Source: an uncultured virus (IMG/VR IMGVR_UViG_2523533505_000001) (Duplodnaviria > Heunggongvirae > Uroviricota > Caudoviricetes). From it: 64,000 bases of DNA. A model generated the notes under the pieces. The model was not told the DNA's origin, searched no databases, and was given only the letters and a program-made list of their open reading frames with translations. Each line of letters opens with the position of its first letter. Positions within the stretch are counted from its first letter, which is position 1. The position numbers and the translations under genes were made by a program. This document shows positions 46,577 to 57,100 of the stretch, in pieces. Location of the stretch: IMG/VR virus record IMGVR_UViG_2523533505_000001, positions 1 to 64,000 of that record; one strand, given 5' to 3'.

Positions 46577-46960
46577 TCAGACCGCGGTCGGGCCGTGCTT
46601 GCCCAGCGGGCTGGACTGCTCCAGGCGCAGGGCCGGAACCGGGGCGGTGACCTCGCGATGGAGGAACAGGGCCACGGTGCCCTCGACGGCGAGCATCCAC
46701 AGCGCCTGCGTCTCGGCGGCCATCTCCAGGCCGAAGGCCAGGAACAGAGCGAGGACGCCCTGGGCGAGGTTCACGATGGCAGCCGCTGCGGCGCCGGTCT
46801 TCAGGACGACCGCGGTGACCACGGCCACGGCGAGTGAGAGGACCGCCATGATGGCGCCCTGCTCGGTGTCGGACACGTCCATGCCGTAGGCGGCGGACAG
46901 CTTCAGGACCGTTGCTATGAACGCCAGGATGTACACGGGCTCTCGGCCGAATACCTTCAC
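46577..46960 (-). CDS. holin-like membrane protein
   Basis: VFGREPV start, four TM, REVTAP; follows endolysin. Confidence 0.8.
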   Translation of the reverse strand: MKVFGREPVYILAFIATVLKLSAAYGMDVSDTEQGAIMAVLSLAVAVVTAVVLKTGAAAAAIVNLAQGVLALFLAFGLEMAAETQALWMLAVEGTVALFLHREVTAPVPALRLEQSSPLGKHGPTAV

Positions 46961-46990
46961 GGGTTTCTCCTTGCGGGTGTGGTGGGGTGA

Positions 46991-48334
46991 TCAGACCTTC
47001 GGAACGCGGAGCTTGTCCCAGGAGGCTTTGCCAGGGATGCCGTCGGCGCCGTCGCCGGAGTAGCCGAGCTTCTTCTGCCAGGCGGCGTAGGAGCGGCGGT
47101 CGGCGGTCGTCCAGTCCGGGCCCGGGCCTTCGGCGTACCGTCCGCAGCCCTCGGCGACGAGGCGCTGCCCCATGGCGGTGATGACCTTGGAGTTGCGGCC
47201 GCCGTGGAAGAACTCGGATCCGGGGAACGGCTCGTAGAGCACTGCTGCGGGCTTCTTCGCCGGGACCTTCAGGATCTGGCCGGCGACCAGCTTGTCGGGG
47301 TCCTTCAGGCTGTTGAGGGAGGTCAGCTTGGCGGCGGTGGTGCTGTGTGCCTTGGCGATGGAGGTCAGGGTGTCGCCCTTGCGGACCGTGTACGTGCCCG
47401 TGCCGCTCTGGGTGCCGGTTCCCTCGCCGGGGTCGGCCGGGGCTCCGGCGGGCTTGCCCGGGACGATGCTGGTGTCGATGGCGCCCGGGTCCCAGTGGTT
47501 GTTGCCGGGCACGTGGCAGTGCCCGTAGTGGCCGCCCTTGGTCTGCCAGGTCGTGCGGGAGCGGGAGCCCTTGGCGACGGCGGCTGCGGTGGCCTCGGGC
47601 TTCCCGGCTGGCCAGACGTCGGGGATGGAGTGGGCGCGCATGGCCGCGATCAGCTTGCGGTAGTTCGGCTTCTTCGCCGGGTCGAAGCCCTTGGTCCACG
47701 GCTGGCTGGCCCGGGCGAGGACCTCGACCTGGATGTTGACCTTGCCCTCGCGGTTCGTGCGGCGGGTGCCGTCGTTGCGCAGGGCGCGGCCCGACTTGGT
47801 GAGCGGCCCGAACTGGCCGAGGGCGTCGGTGAGCGGGTCGTAGATGACCTGGGGCTCGGCGCCGACACGCATCAGGTAGGCGGCGATGGAGGTGAAGTAG
47901 TTCCCCCCAGCCGGTGACTCGGTGGTGTGCCAGGTGGATCGCGGCGGGTTGCCGGGGGTGTCCATGGCCCCGCCGACGGCCTGGCTGCCGAAACGTACGG
48001 CGCCGTCGATGTAGGCCGGGCCGGAGGCGCCGCGCGGCAGGTCGTCCAGGCCGGGCGTCTTCGGGTCCGGGTCGGGCTCGTACACCCGGTACTCGGCGGC
48101 GTCGACGGGCACGTACACGTCGAGGTTGCCGTCGTCGCGGAGCACCATGAACGCGCCCTCGAGGCGGGGGTGTTCCTTCACCCAGCGGGGGCTGTCGTCG
48201 AGGGCGGCGATGGCGCGGACCTCGTCGACGTGGGCCTGGTCGACGGTTCCGAGGTAGGTCGTCTCGACCTGCTGGCCGTCGTTTGCCGGGTCGGGTGAGG
48301 CGAGGTGGTCGATGGCCACGTGGAAGTGCGTCAT
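46991..48334 (-). CDS. endolysin: amidase + LysM + peptidoglycan-binding domain
   Basis: WHTTE, NIQVEV, GHCHVPGNNHWDPG, YTVRKGDTLTSIA, ADGIPGKASW. Confidence 0.92.
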   Translation of the reverse strand: MTHFHVAIDHLASPDPANDGQQVETTYLGTVDQAHVDEVRAIAALDDSPRWVKEHPRLEGAFMVLRDDGNLDVYVPVDAAEYRVYEPDPDPKTPGLDDLPRGASGPAYIDGAVRFGSQAVGGAMDTPGNPPRSTWHTTESPAGGNYFTSIAAYLMRVGAEPQVIYDPLTDALGQFGPLTKSGRALRNDGTRRTNREGKVNIQVEVLARASQPWTKGFDPAKKPNYRKLIAAMRAHSIPDVWPAGKPEATAAAVAKGSRSRTTWQTKGGHYGHCHVPGNNHWDPGAIDTSIVPGKPAGAPADPGEGTGTQSGTGTYTVRKGDTLTSIAKAHSTTAAKLTSLNSLKDPDKLVAGQILKVPAKKPAAVLYEPFPGSEFFHGGRNSKVITAMGQRLVAEGCGRYAEGPGPDWTTADRRSYAAWQKKLGYSGDGADGIPGKASWDKLRVPKV

Positions 48335-49146
48335 GTGGCGTGGTCCCTTCGGGGCTGGACCAGGTCGATCTGGTCGCGGAGGGCGAGGTAGGTGGTGAGG
48401 CGCAGCCGGCCGTCGCCGCGGTCGCCCCAGGAGCGCCCCCAGGAATTCCGGAAGCGCAGGACGGTGTGTTCGGGGAGCAGTCGGTCGCCGTCGGGGGCGA
48501 CGGACTCGAGCGCGGTCAGGCACACCTCGTGGCCGCCTTCGAGGGGGGAGGCGAGCCAGCCGGGGACGGCGTCGATGAAGCCGTCACGGTCCGGGGTGCT
48601 GAACTGCGCGTGCCAGGGCATCCCCATGAGGACCGGGCCGGTCTGCAGGAGGGTGCACAGTTCCTCGGCGGTGGTGGCGTGGCCGTACTGGCTGATCAGG
48701 CCGCGGGCGCGCAGTGCCTTGGCGATGCCGAGGCCGGAGGAGCCGCAGTCGGTGGCCGGCCAGGTGTACTCATGCCACTGGTCGAGGGTGGTGGCCTGGG
48801 CGTAGAGGTCGATCGCGAAGCGCTGGGCGGATGCGGCGTCGCGGGTGTCGAGGCCGGCGGCGGCCGCGCGGTCCCTGTCGAGGAGGACGGACAGGAGCGC
48901 GGTGGCGGCGTTGCCAGTGCAGGAGCCGAGGGCGTCGACGTCGGCGATGTCGCCGTGGGCGCTGGTGTGTATGCCCTGGGCGGTGAGATTGCGCTGGTCG
49001 AGGACCGGGAGCCGGGGTTCCCAGGCGGTGGGGTGCAGGGGCTGCCCGTCGTAGGCCCGCCGGTAGGCGAGGCTGCGCGGATCGAGCACGAGGTGCCGTC
49101 CGAGGCCTGGCCGTACCGGGTACTGCTGGATGGTGAGTTCGGGCAC
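48331..49146 (-). CDS. papain-like (C1) cysteine peptidase
   Basis: LDQ...GSCTGNA, GGHEV, FRNSWGRSWGDRG. Confidence 0.9.
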   Translation of the reverse strand: MPELTIQQYPVRPGLGRHLVLDPRSLAYRRAYDGQPLHPTAWEPRLPVLDQRNLTAQGIHTSAHGDIADVDALGSCTGNAATALLSVLLDRDRAAAAGLDTRDAASAQRFAIDLYAQATTLDQWHEYTWPATDCGSSGLGIAKALRARGLISQYGHATTAEELCTLLQTGPVLMGMPWHAQFSTPDRDGFIDAVPGWLASPLEGGHEVCLTALESVAPDGDRLLPEHTVLRFRNSWGRSWGDRGDGRLRLTTYLALRDQIDLVQPRRDHAT

Positions 49147-49305
49147 GTGACCCTGGCTCCTGCGTCTCCCCGCGCGCGAGCTGAAAGGTGGTGGACCGCG
49201 GTGTGCGGTCGTCCCTCGGGGGTGGCGCGAGGGGCGGAGGGTCGCCCTGTTGATCAGGCTACGGGCTGGGGGCTCGTGTGTTCCCCTGGCCGCCGGGACT
49301 GCGGG

Positions 49306-49605
49306 CTACTCCTCGGTCTCGGGCTCCTGCTCGGGGGCTTGTTCCTGGAGGACGGCGCTTCCGCCGGGGAGGCCTCCGAAGGTCCAGGCGCGGTGGGCTT
49401 CGATGCGCCAGTCGGGGTGGGCCGCCTGGTAGGGGGCGATGCGGGCGGCTATCAGGGCGTCCAAGTCCTGGTCGGTGTAGGTCTGGATGTCCCGCTTGTC
49501 GAGGCGGAGGATCGGGCCGTCCTCGACGTACTCGCCGGGGCCCATGGGGAAGAACACCTCGAGGCCGGTGGGGATCATGCCGGACCGGTCGGGCAGGGAC
49601 AGCAT
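49306..49605 (-). CDS. hypothetical protein
   Basis: GAGGA RBS; acidic. Confidence 0.6.
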   Translation of the reverse strand: MLSLPDRSGMIPTGLEVFFPMGPGEYVEDGPILRLDKRDIQTYTDQDLDALIAARIAPYQAAHPDWRIEAHRAWTFGGLPGGSAVLQEQAPEQEPETEE

Positions 49606-49625
49606 CAGGAGGGGTCCTCTCGGGG

Positions 49626-51227
49626 TTAGGCGGGGTCGCTGATGGCGACCCAGCCGACGTTCGTGCTGGAGTTGGTGGATCGGTAGCAGCGGATGGTGAA
49701 GCCGGTGGTGGAGATGCCGTCGGCGTAGGCGCGGATGGTGACGGTGGCCGGGTCGACGGTGGTGTCGGGGGTGAGGACGACGCGGGGGGTGTTGGTCATG
49801 GGGGTGGAGAAGGTGACGGTGGCGGTGGTGGTGCCTCCGCCGGCCCCGGGAGCTGGGCAGGAGGTGCGGGAGGCGCGGATGTTGCCCGCCATGACGGCGC
49901 CGATGGCGGTGGCATTGCCGTCCTTGTCGACGCGGAATCGGTCGGATCCGCCTCGGACCAGCTGGAGCAGGTTGCCGGTGTGCCCGGTGAGAGCGTCGAC
50001 GGCGATGGCGCTGTTCGCTGAGGCTGGCGGGAGGACGTAGAAGCGGCCTCCGTCCACGGTGGCGATGTTGGCCTCTACGGTCAGGCCGGTGTTCTCGGCC
50101 GGGGTGGCGGTGTTGGAGAAGCCCAGGTTGGCCAGGGTCGCGTTGAGGACCAGACGGCCTCCGATGACGGTAGTGGGGTCTGATGAGCGCAGTCGTTCGA
50201 TGACGGCGACGTCGCGGGCGAGGAGGGAGCGCCAGAGCATGTCGGTGTAGCCGCTGCCGGAGAACGTTCCGCAGAACGTCTCCAGGTTGGCGTCACCTGC
50301 GGTGGGTTCGGTGACCTGGGCGACGGCCCATTTCGATCCGGCGGCGTTGGACCAGCGGACGTGCGGGTAGGTGGCGTCGGGGTCGAGGAAGAGGCGGGCG
50401 CCGGAGTCGCCGAGGAGGCGGACTCCGCGGGCTGAGAATTCGCCGACCGCGGTGCCGCTGGAGTCGTAGACGATGACCATGTTGGCGTCGGCTTCGTTGA
50501 TGGTGATCCGCTCGCCGGTGGTGTCGGTCTGGATCAGCGAGCCGGTGATGGTGCCGCCGGTGATGGTCTTGCCGGTGATCGCGTCCGCTTTCAGGGCGGT
50601 CGCGTCGACGGATCCGGCGGCGAGTTTCGCCGTGGTCACCGCGTTCGCGAAGATCTTGGGGCTGGTGACGGCACCGTCGGAGATCATCGTTTCGACGATC
50701 TCGCCGATGCCGATGTCCCCTGCGACCGGGCGGGGTGAGTACGGTCCGACCTCTGTGGTCGGGGTGGAGGCGGTGCCGGAGGTGTTGCGGGACAGGATCC
50801 GCACGTAGGTCGGGTCGGTCGCGGGCAGGTAGCTGATCGCGCCCTGCGGGGTCTCCATCGTCGCCTGCAGCGTGTCCGAGGTTGGGGTGAACCCGGCGGT
50901 GGTGGAGGCGTGGACCTCGATGCGGGCCCAGTCCAGCGGCATCACCTGCCCGTCTGCGAAGGTGCCGTCCCAGCCGACCGCGATCCCGCCGAGCGCGGGG
51001 GCGACGGTGGGCGTGGACGGGGCGGGCGGTGCGGCGCCGTTGACGACGTTCACGGCGGTGGTGCCGTCCGCCTGCTGGCCGACGATGCCCCGCAGGGAAC
51101 CGGTGGCGTCGCGGACCAGGAGGGAGCTGTTCTCCAGGCTCCCTCCGTGCGCGTACCGCTGGCCCTTCTCGACCCGGGCGAGGCGCTGCTTGAGGTCGTG
51201 GAGTTCCCGCGCGATGGATCCGGTCAT
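49626..51227 (-). CDS. minor tail protein / fibre
   Basis: Coiled-coil start, FN3-like part, ITGKTITGGTITG repeats, H-lectin-like C-terminus. Confidence 0.8.
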   Translation of the reverse strand: MTGSIARELHDLKQRLARVEKGQRYAHGGSLENSSLLVRDATGSLRGIVGQQADGTTAVNVVNGAAPPAPSTPTVAPALGGIAVGWDGTFADGQVMPLDWARIEVHASTTAGFTPTSDTLQATMETPQGAISYLPATDPTYVRILSRNTSGTASTPTTEVGPYSPRPVAGDIGIGEIVETMISDGAVTSPKIFANAVTTAKLAAGSVDATALKADAITGKTITGGTITGSLIQTDTTGERITINEADANMVIVYDSSGTAVGEFSARGVRLLGDSGARLFLDPDATYPHVRWSNAAGSKWAVAQVTEPTAGDANLETFCGTFSGSGYTDMLWRSLLARDVAVIERLRSSDPTTVIGGRLVLNATLANLGFSNTATPAENTGLTVEANIATVDGGRFYVLPPASANSAIAVDALTGHTGNLLQLVRGGSDRFRVDKDGNATAIGAVMAGNIRASRTSCPAPGAGGGTTTATVTFSTPMTNTPRVVLTPDTTVDPATVTIRAYADGISTTGFTIRCYRSTNSSTNVGWVAISDPA

Positions 51228-52318
51228 GAGGAATCCGATCCGTAGTGGAAGGCATCGGCCCTTTGCAGGGTGAGGACGGCCCGGTCGGGGTGTTCTCCGG
51301 GCTCGTAGGAGTCGGCGAGGATGCGGGCCCAGCCGGTGTAGGACACCCACTGGTTGTGCACGGCGATGCGGACGTCGTCGCCGATCTGCCACGAGCCGAG
51401 CGGGGCCGCGGGGTGGTCGCGAACGGTGATCTGCGTGACCTGCCCCATCACCTGCAGCTGCCGTCGGCGGGCCCGCGCGCGGCGGCCGAGGACGTCGTTG
51501 CCGTTGACATTCGGCAGCGCGAGGACGCTCTCCATGCGCAGGCGGCCGTCGCGGGCGGGGTCGACGGCGTAGCGGGTGGCGGTCCCCTCGCCGGAGCCGG
51601 TGGCAATGACGACGTTGGCGAAGGTGTCGCCGGAGTAGCGGACGGGCACGGCGTCGACGATGTTGATGCCGGTGGTGAAGGAGATGTCGGTGCGGCGGGC
51701 CCCGAGGCGTGGGAAGCCCAGGCGAAGACGGCGTTCGATGCTGCCGTTGGCCTGGAAGGAGCAGGTGTTGGTGTACTGCGGGGCGCCGTCCTCGGAGACG
51801 AGGTCGTCGAGGTGGTCTCCGAGGTTGGGCGTCTCGTACCAGAACGAGTTCCACGGTTCGGCGGGGGTTCCGGCCTTGGCGCTGGAGGTGGTGGCGTCGA
51901 CGATGACGCCCAGGTCGCCGTCGGGTTGTTCCTGGGCGTAGTCCCAGATGTCGCGGATGATGACGCACGGGTCCTGGAAGACGTAGGGGCCGCGGCCGCC
52001 AAGCTGTCCGTGTTCGTCGTGCCGTCTGGTGAGGTAGCTGGACCAGGAGGCGGCCTCCATCCGGTACTCGGCGTCTTCGGCCTCGATGTCCCAGATGAGG
52101 CCGCCCCAGCGCAGGAAGCCGTCGGCTTCGGCGTAGATGAGGGTGGTGCCGGGGGTGATGAGGGCGGCGTTGGCGGCCACCCACTTCGGGGCGAGGGTGG
52201 CGGAGAAGTTGCCGGGCCCGTTGAGCTCGTTGCCGAACTGGACGGCGGACAGCGGCAGCGCGGGGTGGAGGATGTCGCCGGTGAGGGCGTGCTGCGCGAA
52301 GTACCGCCACCGGCCCAT
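51224..52318 (-). CDS. minor tail (hub/Tal-like) protein
   Basis: ELNGPGNFSATL, WGGLIW, IGDDVRI; position after distal tail protein. Confidence 0.8.
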   Translation of the reverse strand: MGRWRYFAQHALTGDILHPALPLSAVQFGNELNGPGNFSATLAPKWVAANAALITPGTTLIYAEADGFLRWGGLIWDIEAEDAEYRMEAASWSSYLTRRHDEHGQLGGRGPYVFQDPCVIIRDIWDYAQEQPDGDLGVIVDATTSSAKAGTPAEPWNSFWYETPNLGDHLDDLVSEDGAPQYTNTCSFQANGSIERRLRLGFPRLGARRTDISFTTGINIVDAVPVRYSGDTFANVVIATGSGEGTATRYAVDPARDGRLRMESVLALPNVNGNDVLGRRARARRRQLQVMGQVTQITVRDHPAAPLGSWQIGDDVRIAVHNQWVSYTGWARILADSYEPGEHPDRAVLTLQRADAFHYGSDSS

Positions 52319-53283
52319 TACAGGGGGCCCTCGGTGAACTCGATGTCGGCGATGAAGGTGGTGGTGCCGTCCACGCCGATCTTCCCGGCGTTGGTGGAGC
52401 GGGTCCGCATGCGGGAGTAGAACGACTGGGTGGTGCCGCGCATCGCCGCGCCCGCAGTGTCGGTCAGGGAGATCGTCTCGGCCATGCGGACGGGGATCCG
52501 GCGGGGCGGGCTGCCCTGGTTGTCGTCGATGCCGACGTACTGGCCGGCCTCCTTGGTGCCGAGCATGAAGCGGAAGCCGCCGAAGACGTTGCCGTCGACG
52601 AGCCGGAGACCGTCCACGCTGAAGACGACTTTGGCTTGGGCTGCCCAGGCGGGGATGGGCACTTCGAACATCTCTCCGGCCGGGGACGCGGACGGCAGCG
52701 CGGGGTGGGTCTTCCACGTCTCGGAGGTCCCGGAGATCTCCACCAGCGGGTCGGCGGCGTAGTACGGCAGCAGGAGGCGTTCGCGGCGCGGGTTGGCGAC
52801 TTGCCTGAGGTCCACGATCATCGCGTTGGTGATGGTCGCGGTGGAGGCGGGGATGTCGATGCGGGCCAGGGGGATCGCCGAGTAGCCGGAGGGCACGGTG
52901 GTGGCGGAGCTGGAGACGTTGGTGACGACGTCGAAGAACGCGGACTCCGACGGGTCCAGGGTGCCTTCGTAGTCGGGGTCCTGGACGCGCAGGATCAGCA
53001 TGTCGGAGCGGGGGGTGCCGCCGGTCGCGCCGATCGCGACGGTGTCGGAGCCGATGTTGTAGACGCTGTAGTGGCCCTGGACGGGGCTGAAGACGCCCTT
53101 GATGACGGCGGATCCGTCGGCGATCTGTACGCCCGCGCCGGGCGTGGACAGGGCGGTCACCTTGAGGTGGGCGCCTTCGGTGATGCCCTGGTTGCCGCGC
53201 GCCAGGTCGCGGACCATCATTCGGAACATCTGCGCCGAGTGCTCGCCGCCGGTGACGGCCATCGGGGTCGATTCGAGTGCCAT
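52318..53283 (-). CDS. minor tail protein
   Basis: PRSDMLILRVQDPDY, IPLARIDIPASTATITNAMIVDLR. Confidence 0.8.
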   Translation of the reverse strand: MALESTPMAVTGGEHSAQMFRMMVRDLARGNQGITEGAHLKVTALSTPGAGVQIADGSAVIKGVFSPVQGHYSVYNIGSDTVAIGATGGTPRSDMLILRVQDPDYEGTLDPSESAFFDVVTNVSSSATTVPSGYSAIPLARIDIPASTATITNAMIVDLRQVANPRRERLLLPYYAADPLVEISGTSETWKTHPALPSASPAGEMFEVPIPAWAAQAKVVFSVDGLRLVDGNVFGGFRFMLGTKEAGQYVGIDDNQGSPPRRIPVRMAETISLTDTAGAAMRGTTQSFYSRMRTRSTNAGKIGVDGTTTFIADIEFTEGPL

Positions 53284-53296
53284 TTTCGGGCTCCTC

Positions 53297-54193
53297 CTAC
53301 AGGGCCTTGTAGGCGGGCCACCAGGTGACGGCCAGCGTGGATGTGAGCGTCAGGTCGGTTGCCGACCAGCGGATCTCGTTCAGGCCGGGGGTGAGGACGA
53401 ACTGGTCGATGCGGGAGGTGGCGGTCAGGGGGGCGCTGCCGCCGTTCTCCCGCAGGACGGTCCGCCAGCCGGGCCGGGTGTCGAGCTCCACCCACTCCCC
53501 CGCCGCGAGGCTGGTCTGCACGGTCAGGGTGCGGCCGCTGCCCATGTGGGTGATCGTCGGGTTGGCGCACGGCCCGTTCACCCGCAGCACCGGCCACGTC
53601 GGCGCGGTTCCCTCGACCTGGAGGTAGCCGGGCCGGGCGATCGCGGAGGCTTCCCCGGCGATCGTGAAGGGGAACACCAGCGGGAAGGTGATGCCGCCCT
53701 CGGTCAGGGAGCCGAGCGGCATGGACGTCGACTCGGGGGTGTCGGCGTAGTACAGGTGGTCCTGGGCCTGGAACTCGATGTCCAGGGGGATCCAGCCGGT
53801 GATGGACTTGGACAGGTCCGGGGAGAGCTTGCGCAGCCGTCCGCGGGCGACGCGGGCGGCCCGGCCGGGGAACTTCAGCCGCAGGTCCATGGTGGTGCCG
53901 CCGAATCCGCGTACGGCCGGGGTGTCGGCGTCGTCCTGGAGCGCGGCGAGGACGGTCAGCGCGGTGTCCTGGCTGCCGGGGGTCTTGATGCCAGCGTCGA
54001 TACGGATGGTGCGGCCGCTGTAGTAGTCGGTGCCGAGCCACAGCCCGTCCTCGCCGGGCGGTTCGATGTCCTGGCTGCGGACCTCGGGCTGGCCGAGGCC
54101 TTCGATCGCGGCGACGGGAACTTGCGTTCCGGTGCCGATGAGGACGGCGCCGAGCTGGTGCTGGTTGTCCTCGAGCGGGGTGGGGGTGCTCAT
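53297..54193 (-). CDS. distal tail protein (Dit)
   Basis: FPLVFPF, GTAPTWPV...GPCANP, LTPGLNEI; follows tape measure. Confidence 0.85.
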   Translation of the reverse strand: MSTPTPLEDNQHQLGAVLIGTGTQVPVAAIEGLGQPEVRSQDIEPPGEDGLWLGTDYYSGRTIRIDAGIKTPGSQDTALTVLAALQDDADTPAVRGFGGTTMDLRLKFPGRAARVARGRLRKLSPDLSKSITGWIPLDIEFQAQDHLYYADTPESTSMPLGSLTEGGITFPLVFPFTIAGEASAIARPGYLQVEGTAPTWPVLRVNGPCANPTITHMGSGRTLTVQTSLAAGEWVELDTRPGWRTVLRENGGSAPLTATSRIDQFVLTPGLNEIRWSATDLTLTSTLAVTWWPAYKAL

Positions 54194-57100
54194 GAGCGTG
54201 CTCCTACTCCGCCGCGCGCCAGGCGGCGCAGTTGGTAGCCGCTGCGGTCTTCGACCTTGCGGGCGGTCTCCTCGGCGCTGCCGCCGGAGGTGACGTTGTA
54301 GACCTGGGATCCCACCAGCGGGCCCTGCTCGCGGATGACGACGACCCGGCCCGCACCGGCGTCGGTCAGGCCGAGGCCGAACCGGGAGGCCACGTTGGAC
54401 AGGACCGCGGTGGCGGCGCCGCGCTTGGAGGGGGCGAAGGGCACGTAGGCCTCGCCGTGGGTGGAGGGCTCGGCGAACCGGATGATGCCGGCCTGCGTGG
54501 CGTACATCCCGGCACGGATGCCGCCGTTCTCGTAGGCCATGCCCTTCTGTGCCTTGGCCAGGTCGGCCAAGAAGCGGCCGGCGCGGGATCCGAGCGCGGT
54601 CTTGATCTGTCCGGTGGCCTTGGTGGCGACGTCGATGATGTCGTCTTCGCCCAGGCCGGTCTTCGCGGCGACGTCGTGGATGCCGGTCTTGGAGGTGGTG
54701 ATCGCGGCGATCACGGCGACGAGTTGGGAGACCTGGTCGGCGGTGAGCGCGTTGTTCGCGGTCTTCGCGGCCTTGTTCGCCTTGGACGCCTTGCCCTTGT
54801 CCTTCACCGCAGCCGCGGCCAGGTCCATGGCCGCCTGGTCGTTCTGCTCGGCCAGCTGGGAGGCGAGATCGCCGTAGCCCTGTCCGGCCAGCTTGGCCAG
54901 GTTCGCGGCGAAGTCCTTGTCGAGCTTGTTGGCCTTGTCCAGCTGCCGTGTGTAGTCGGTCAGCGAGGCCTTCGCGGTTTTCTGCAGGTCACGGAGCGCC
55001 TTGGCCATCTGGTTGATGTACTTGGTGGAGCCCTTGGCCATCTTGTCGGCGAGCTTCACCCCGTCCTCGCCCATCGCGGCGAGCGCTTCGGCGACGTCCC
55101 CGCCGACCCGGTCCGCGACTCGCTCGAGGTCCTTGTTCCACGCCTGGGTGGCCTTGGAGGCGGACTTCAGTTTCTTCTCGACGGCGCCGACGTCGAAGTA
55201 CTCGATCTCCTTGACCTTGCCCTTGATCTTCACCTTCTTCGTCTTCCGGCCGGCTGATCCGGCGTCGGAGGAGGAGTACAGGGAGCCGGTCTGCGGGTCG
55301 TAGCGCCAGTCGGTGACACCGCCGTCGGCGTTCCAGTCGATGGCGGCCGGGTCTCCGCCGAGGCGGCGCACGATCTCCTCGGTGATGGCGCGGGAGCGTA
55401 CGCGCTTGGAGCGGGCGAAGGGGACGTAGCCCTCGCCCTGGGTCTCGTCCTCCGCCCAGACCCGCCAGGAGCCGCCGCGGGCGATCTGGGCGACGTGGTT
55501 CTCGGAGCCGGAGGCGAAGTGGCGTACGCCGCCGCGCTGGATGCCGCCGTCGGCGTAGTAGTCGAACACGCCGCCGTCAACGTTGTTCCTGGCGTTCTTG
55601 GCCTGCTTGCGCAGAGCGTCGGCGAGGCTAGAGGAGGTCTGGTTGACCGTCTCGTTGATGGTGACGTGCCGGGTGGTGATGGTGATCGACTTGTCGGACA
55701 GGGCATCGCGGGCACCCTGGACGGCGCCGATGTTCGACAGGGCCGTGCCGGTCAGCGCAGTGACCGTGACCGACCCGTCCTTCAGGTGAGTGACCTTATA
55801 GCCGACGTCCTCGAGCGCCTGAATGGCCGCTGCCGAAAGAGTCTTCACGGTGACGGACTTCGCGCCCGGCGTCTCCTTGATCTTCTGGATGACGCTGTTC
55901 AGGCCTTCGATCGCGTCCAGGGTGACCGCGTCGAGGACGATGGTCTTGTCGTCGATGCCGTCCCGGGTCTCCTTGAGGCTGTCCAGCTTGCCCTTGGCGC
56001 TGCCGGTGTCGGCCGTCACCTCGAACTGGCCGTCGGGCAGTTCGGTGACGGTGAACCCGAGGGACTCCAGCAGGGCGACGGCGTCGCTGGTGAGGGCGTC
56101 GACCTTGACGCTCTTGGCGTTCGGGGTGTCTTCGATCTTCCGGATGACCGCGTCGAGACCGGCGACGGCGTCCTCGGTGCGCATCTCCAGCAGGGTGGAC
56201 TTCTTGTCGGGGATCTTCAGGTAGGAGTCGGCGAGGAGTTCGGCCTGTTCGCGGGTCAGTCCCATGTCGTCGGCTGCCTTGATGAAGGTGTCGCGGCCCT
56301 CGTCGTAGATGCCGTTGACGTACTTCCAGGACTTGCCCTGCTCGCGGGCGGCGGTCGCGGCGGCGTCGGTGTTCGCGGCCAGGGCGGAGAGGACCTTCTC
56401 CGCGTCGCGGGCCTTGTCGGAGCCGAGGTCGAGTTCACCGTCGCGCATCTTCAGGACGCTGGCGTGGTCCTTGGCGGCCTTGGTGGCGTCGTCGATGGAC
56501 TGCTCGAACGCCGACATGGCCGACCCGGCGGCCCGGTTGACGTCGTTGAGGGCGACGATGGACTGACGCAGAGCGTCGGCTGAGGCTTTCTGCGCATCAA
56601 GTTTGCCCTTGGTGGCGATCGCCTGCTGCCCGAACACCCCCATCCCCTGCACGGCCAGGTCCTGCTCGGCCTTCATAGCGGCCACGACGTCCGTGTAGCC
56701 GCTGAAGACGTCGTTGATCTCCTTGGTGGAGTAGCCGGCCTCCTGGAGCGCCTCCTTGATCCTCTTGAAGTCGGCGGCCGCCTGGTCGGCGTACCCGGAA
56801 GACGCCATTGTCGCCAAGGCCTCGTCCAGGCTCTTGAAGTCGTCCTCCATAGCGCCCAAGGAGTCCTCGCCCGAGCGGAAGTCGTCGAAGAGTTCGTAGG
56901 CGGAGCGGCGCAGGTCGTCGAGGGCGCCGACGCCGTGCTTGCCGAAGGAATCGACGTACTCTTCCTGGTCCTTGGTCGACTGCTCGAGCTGCTTGAACTT
57001 CTTCACCAGGCCGTCGACGCTGCCGAACGTCTTCTTCAGCTCGCCGGTGAACTCCCCCGTGCGGGAGAGGTTCTTCAGGCTGGTGGTGAGGCGGTCCACG

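Noticed and set aside
54400..55460. Duplicated AE...GE.YVPFA motif in the tape measure protein
   Set aside because: Resembles a motif common in actinophage tape measure C-termini; not clearly novel.
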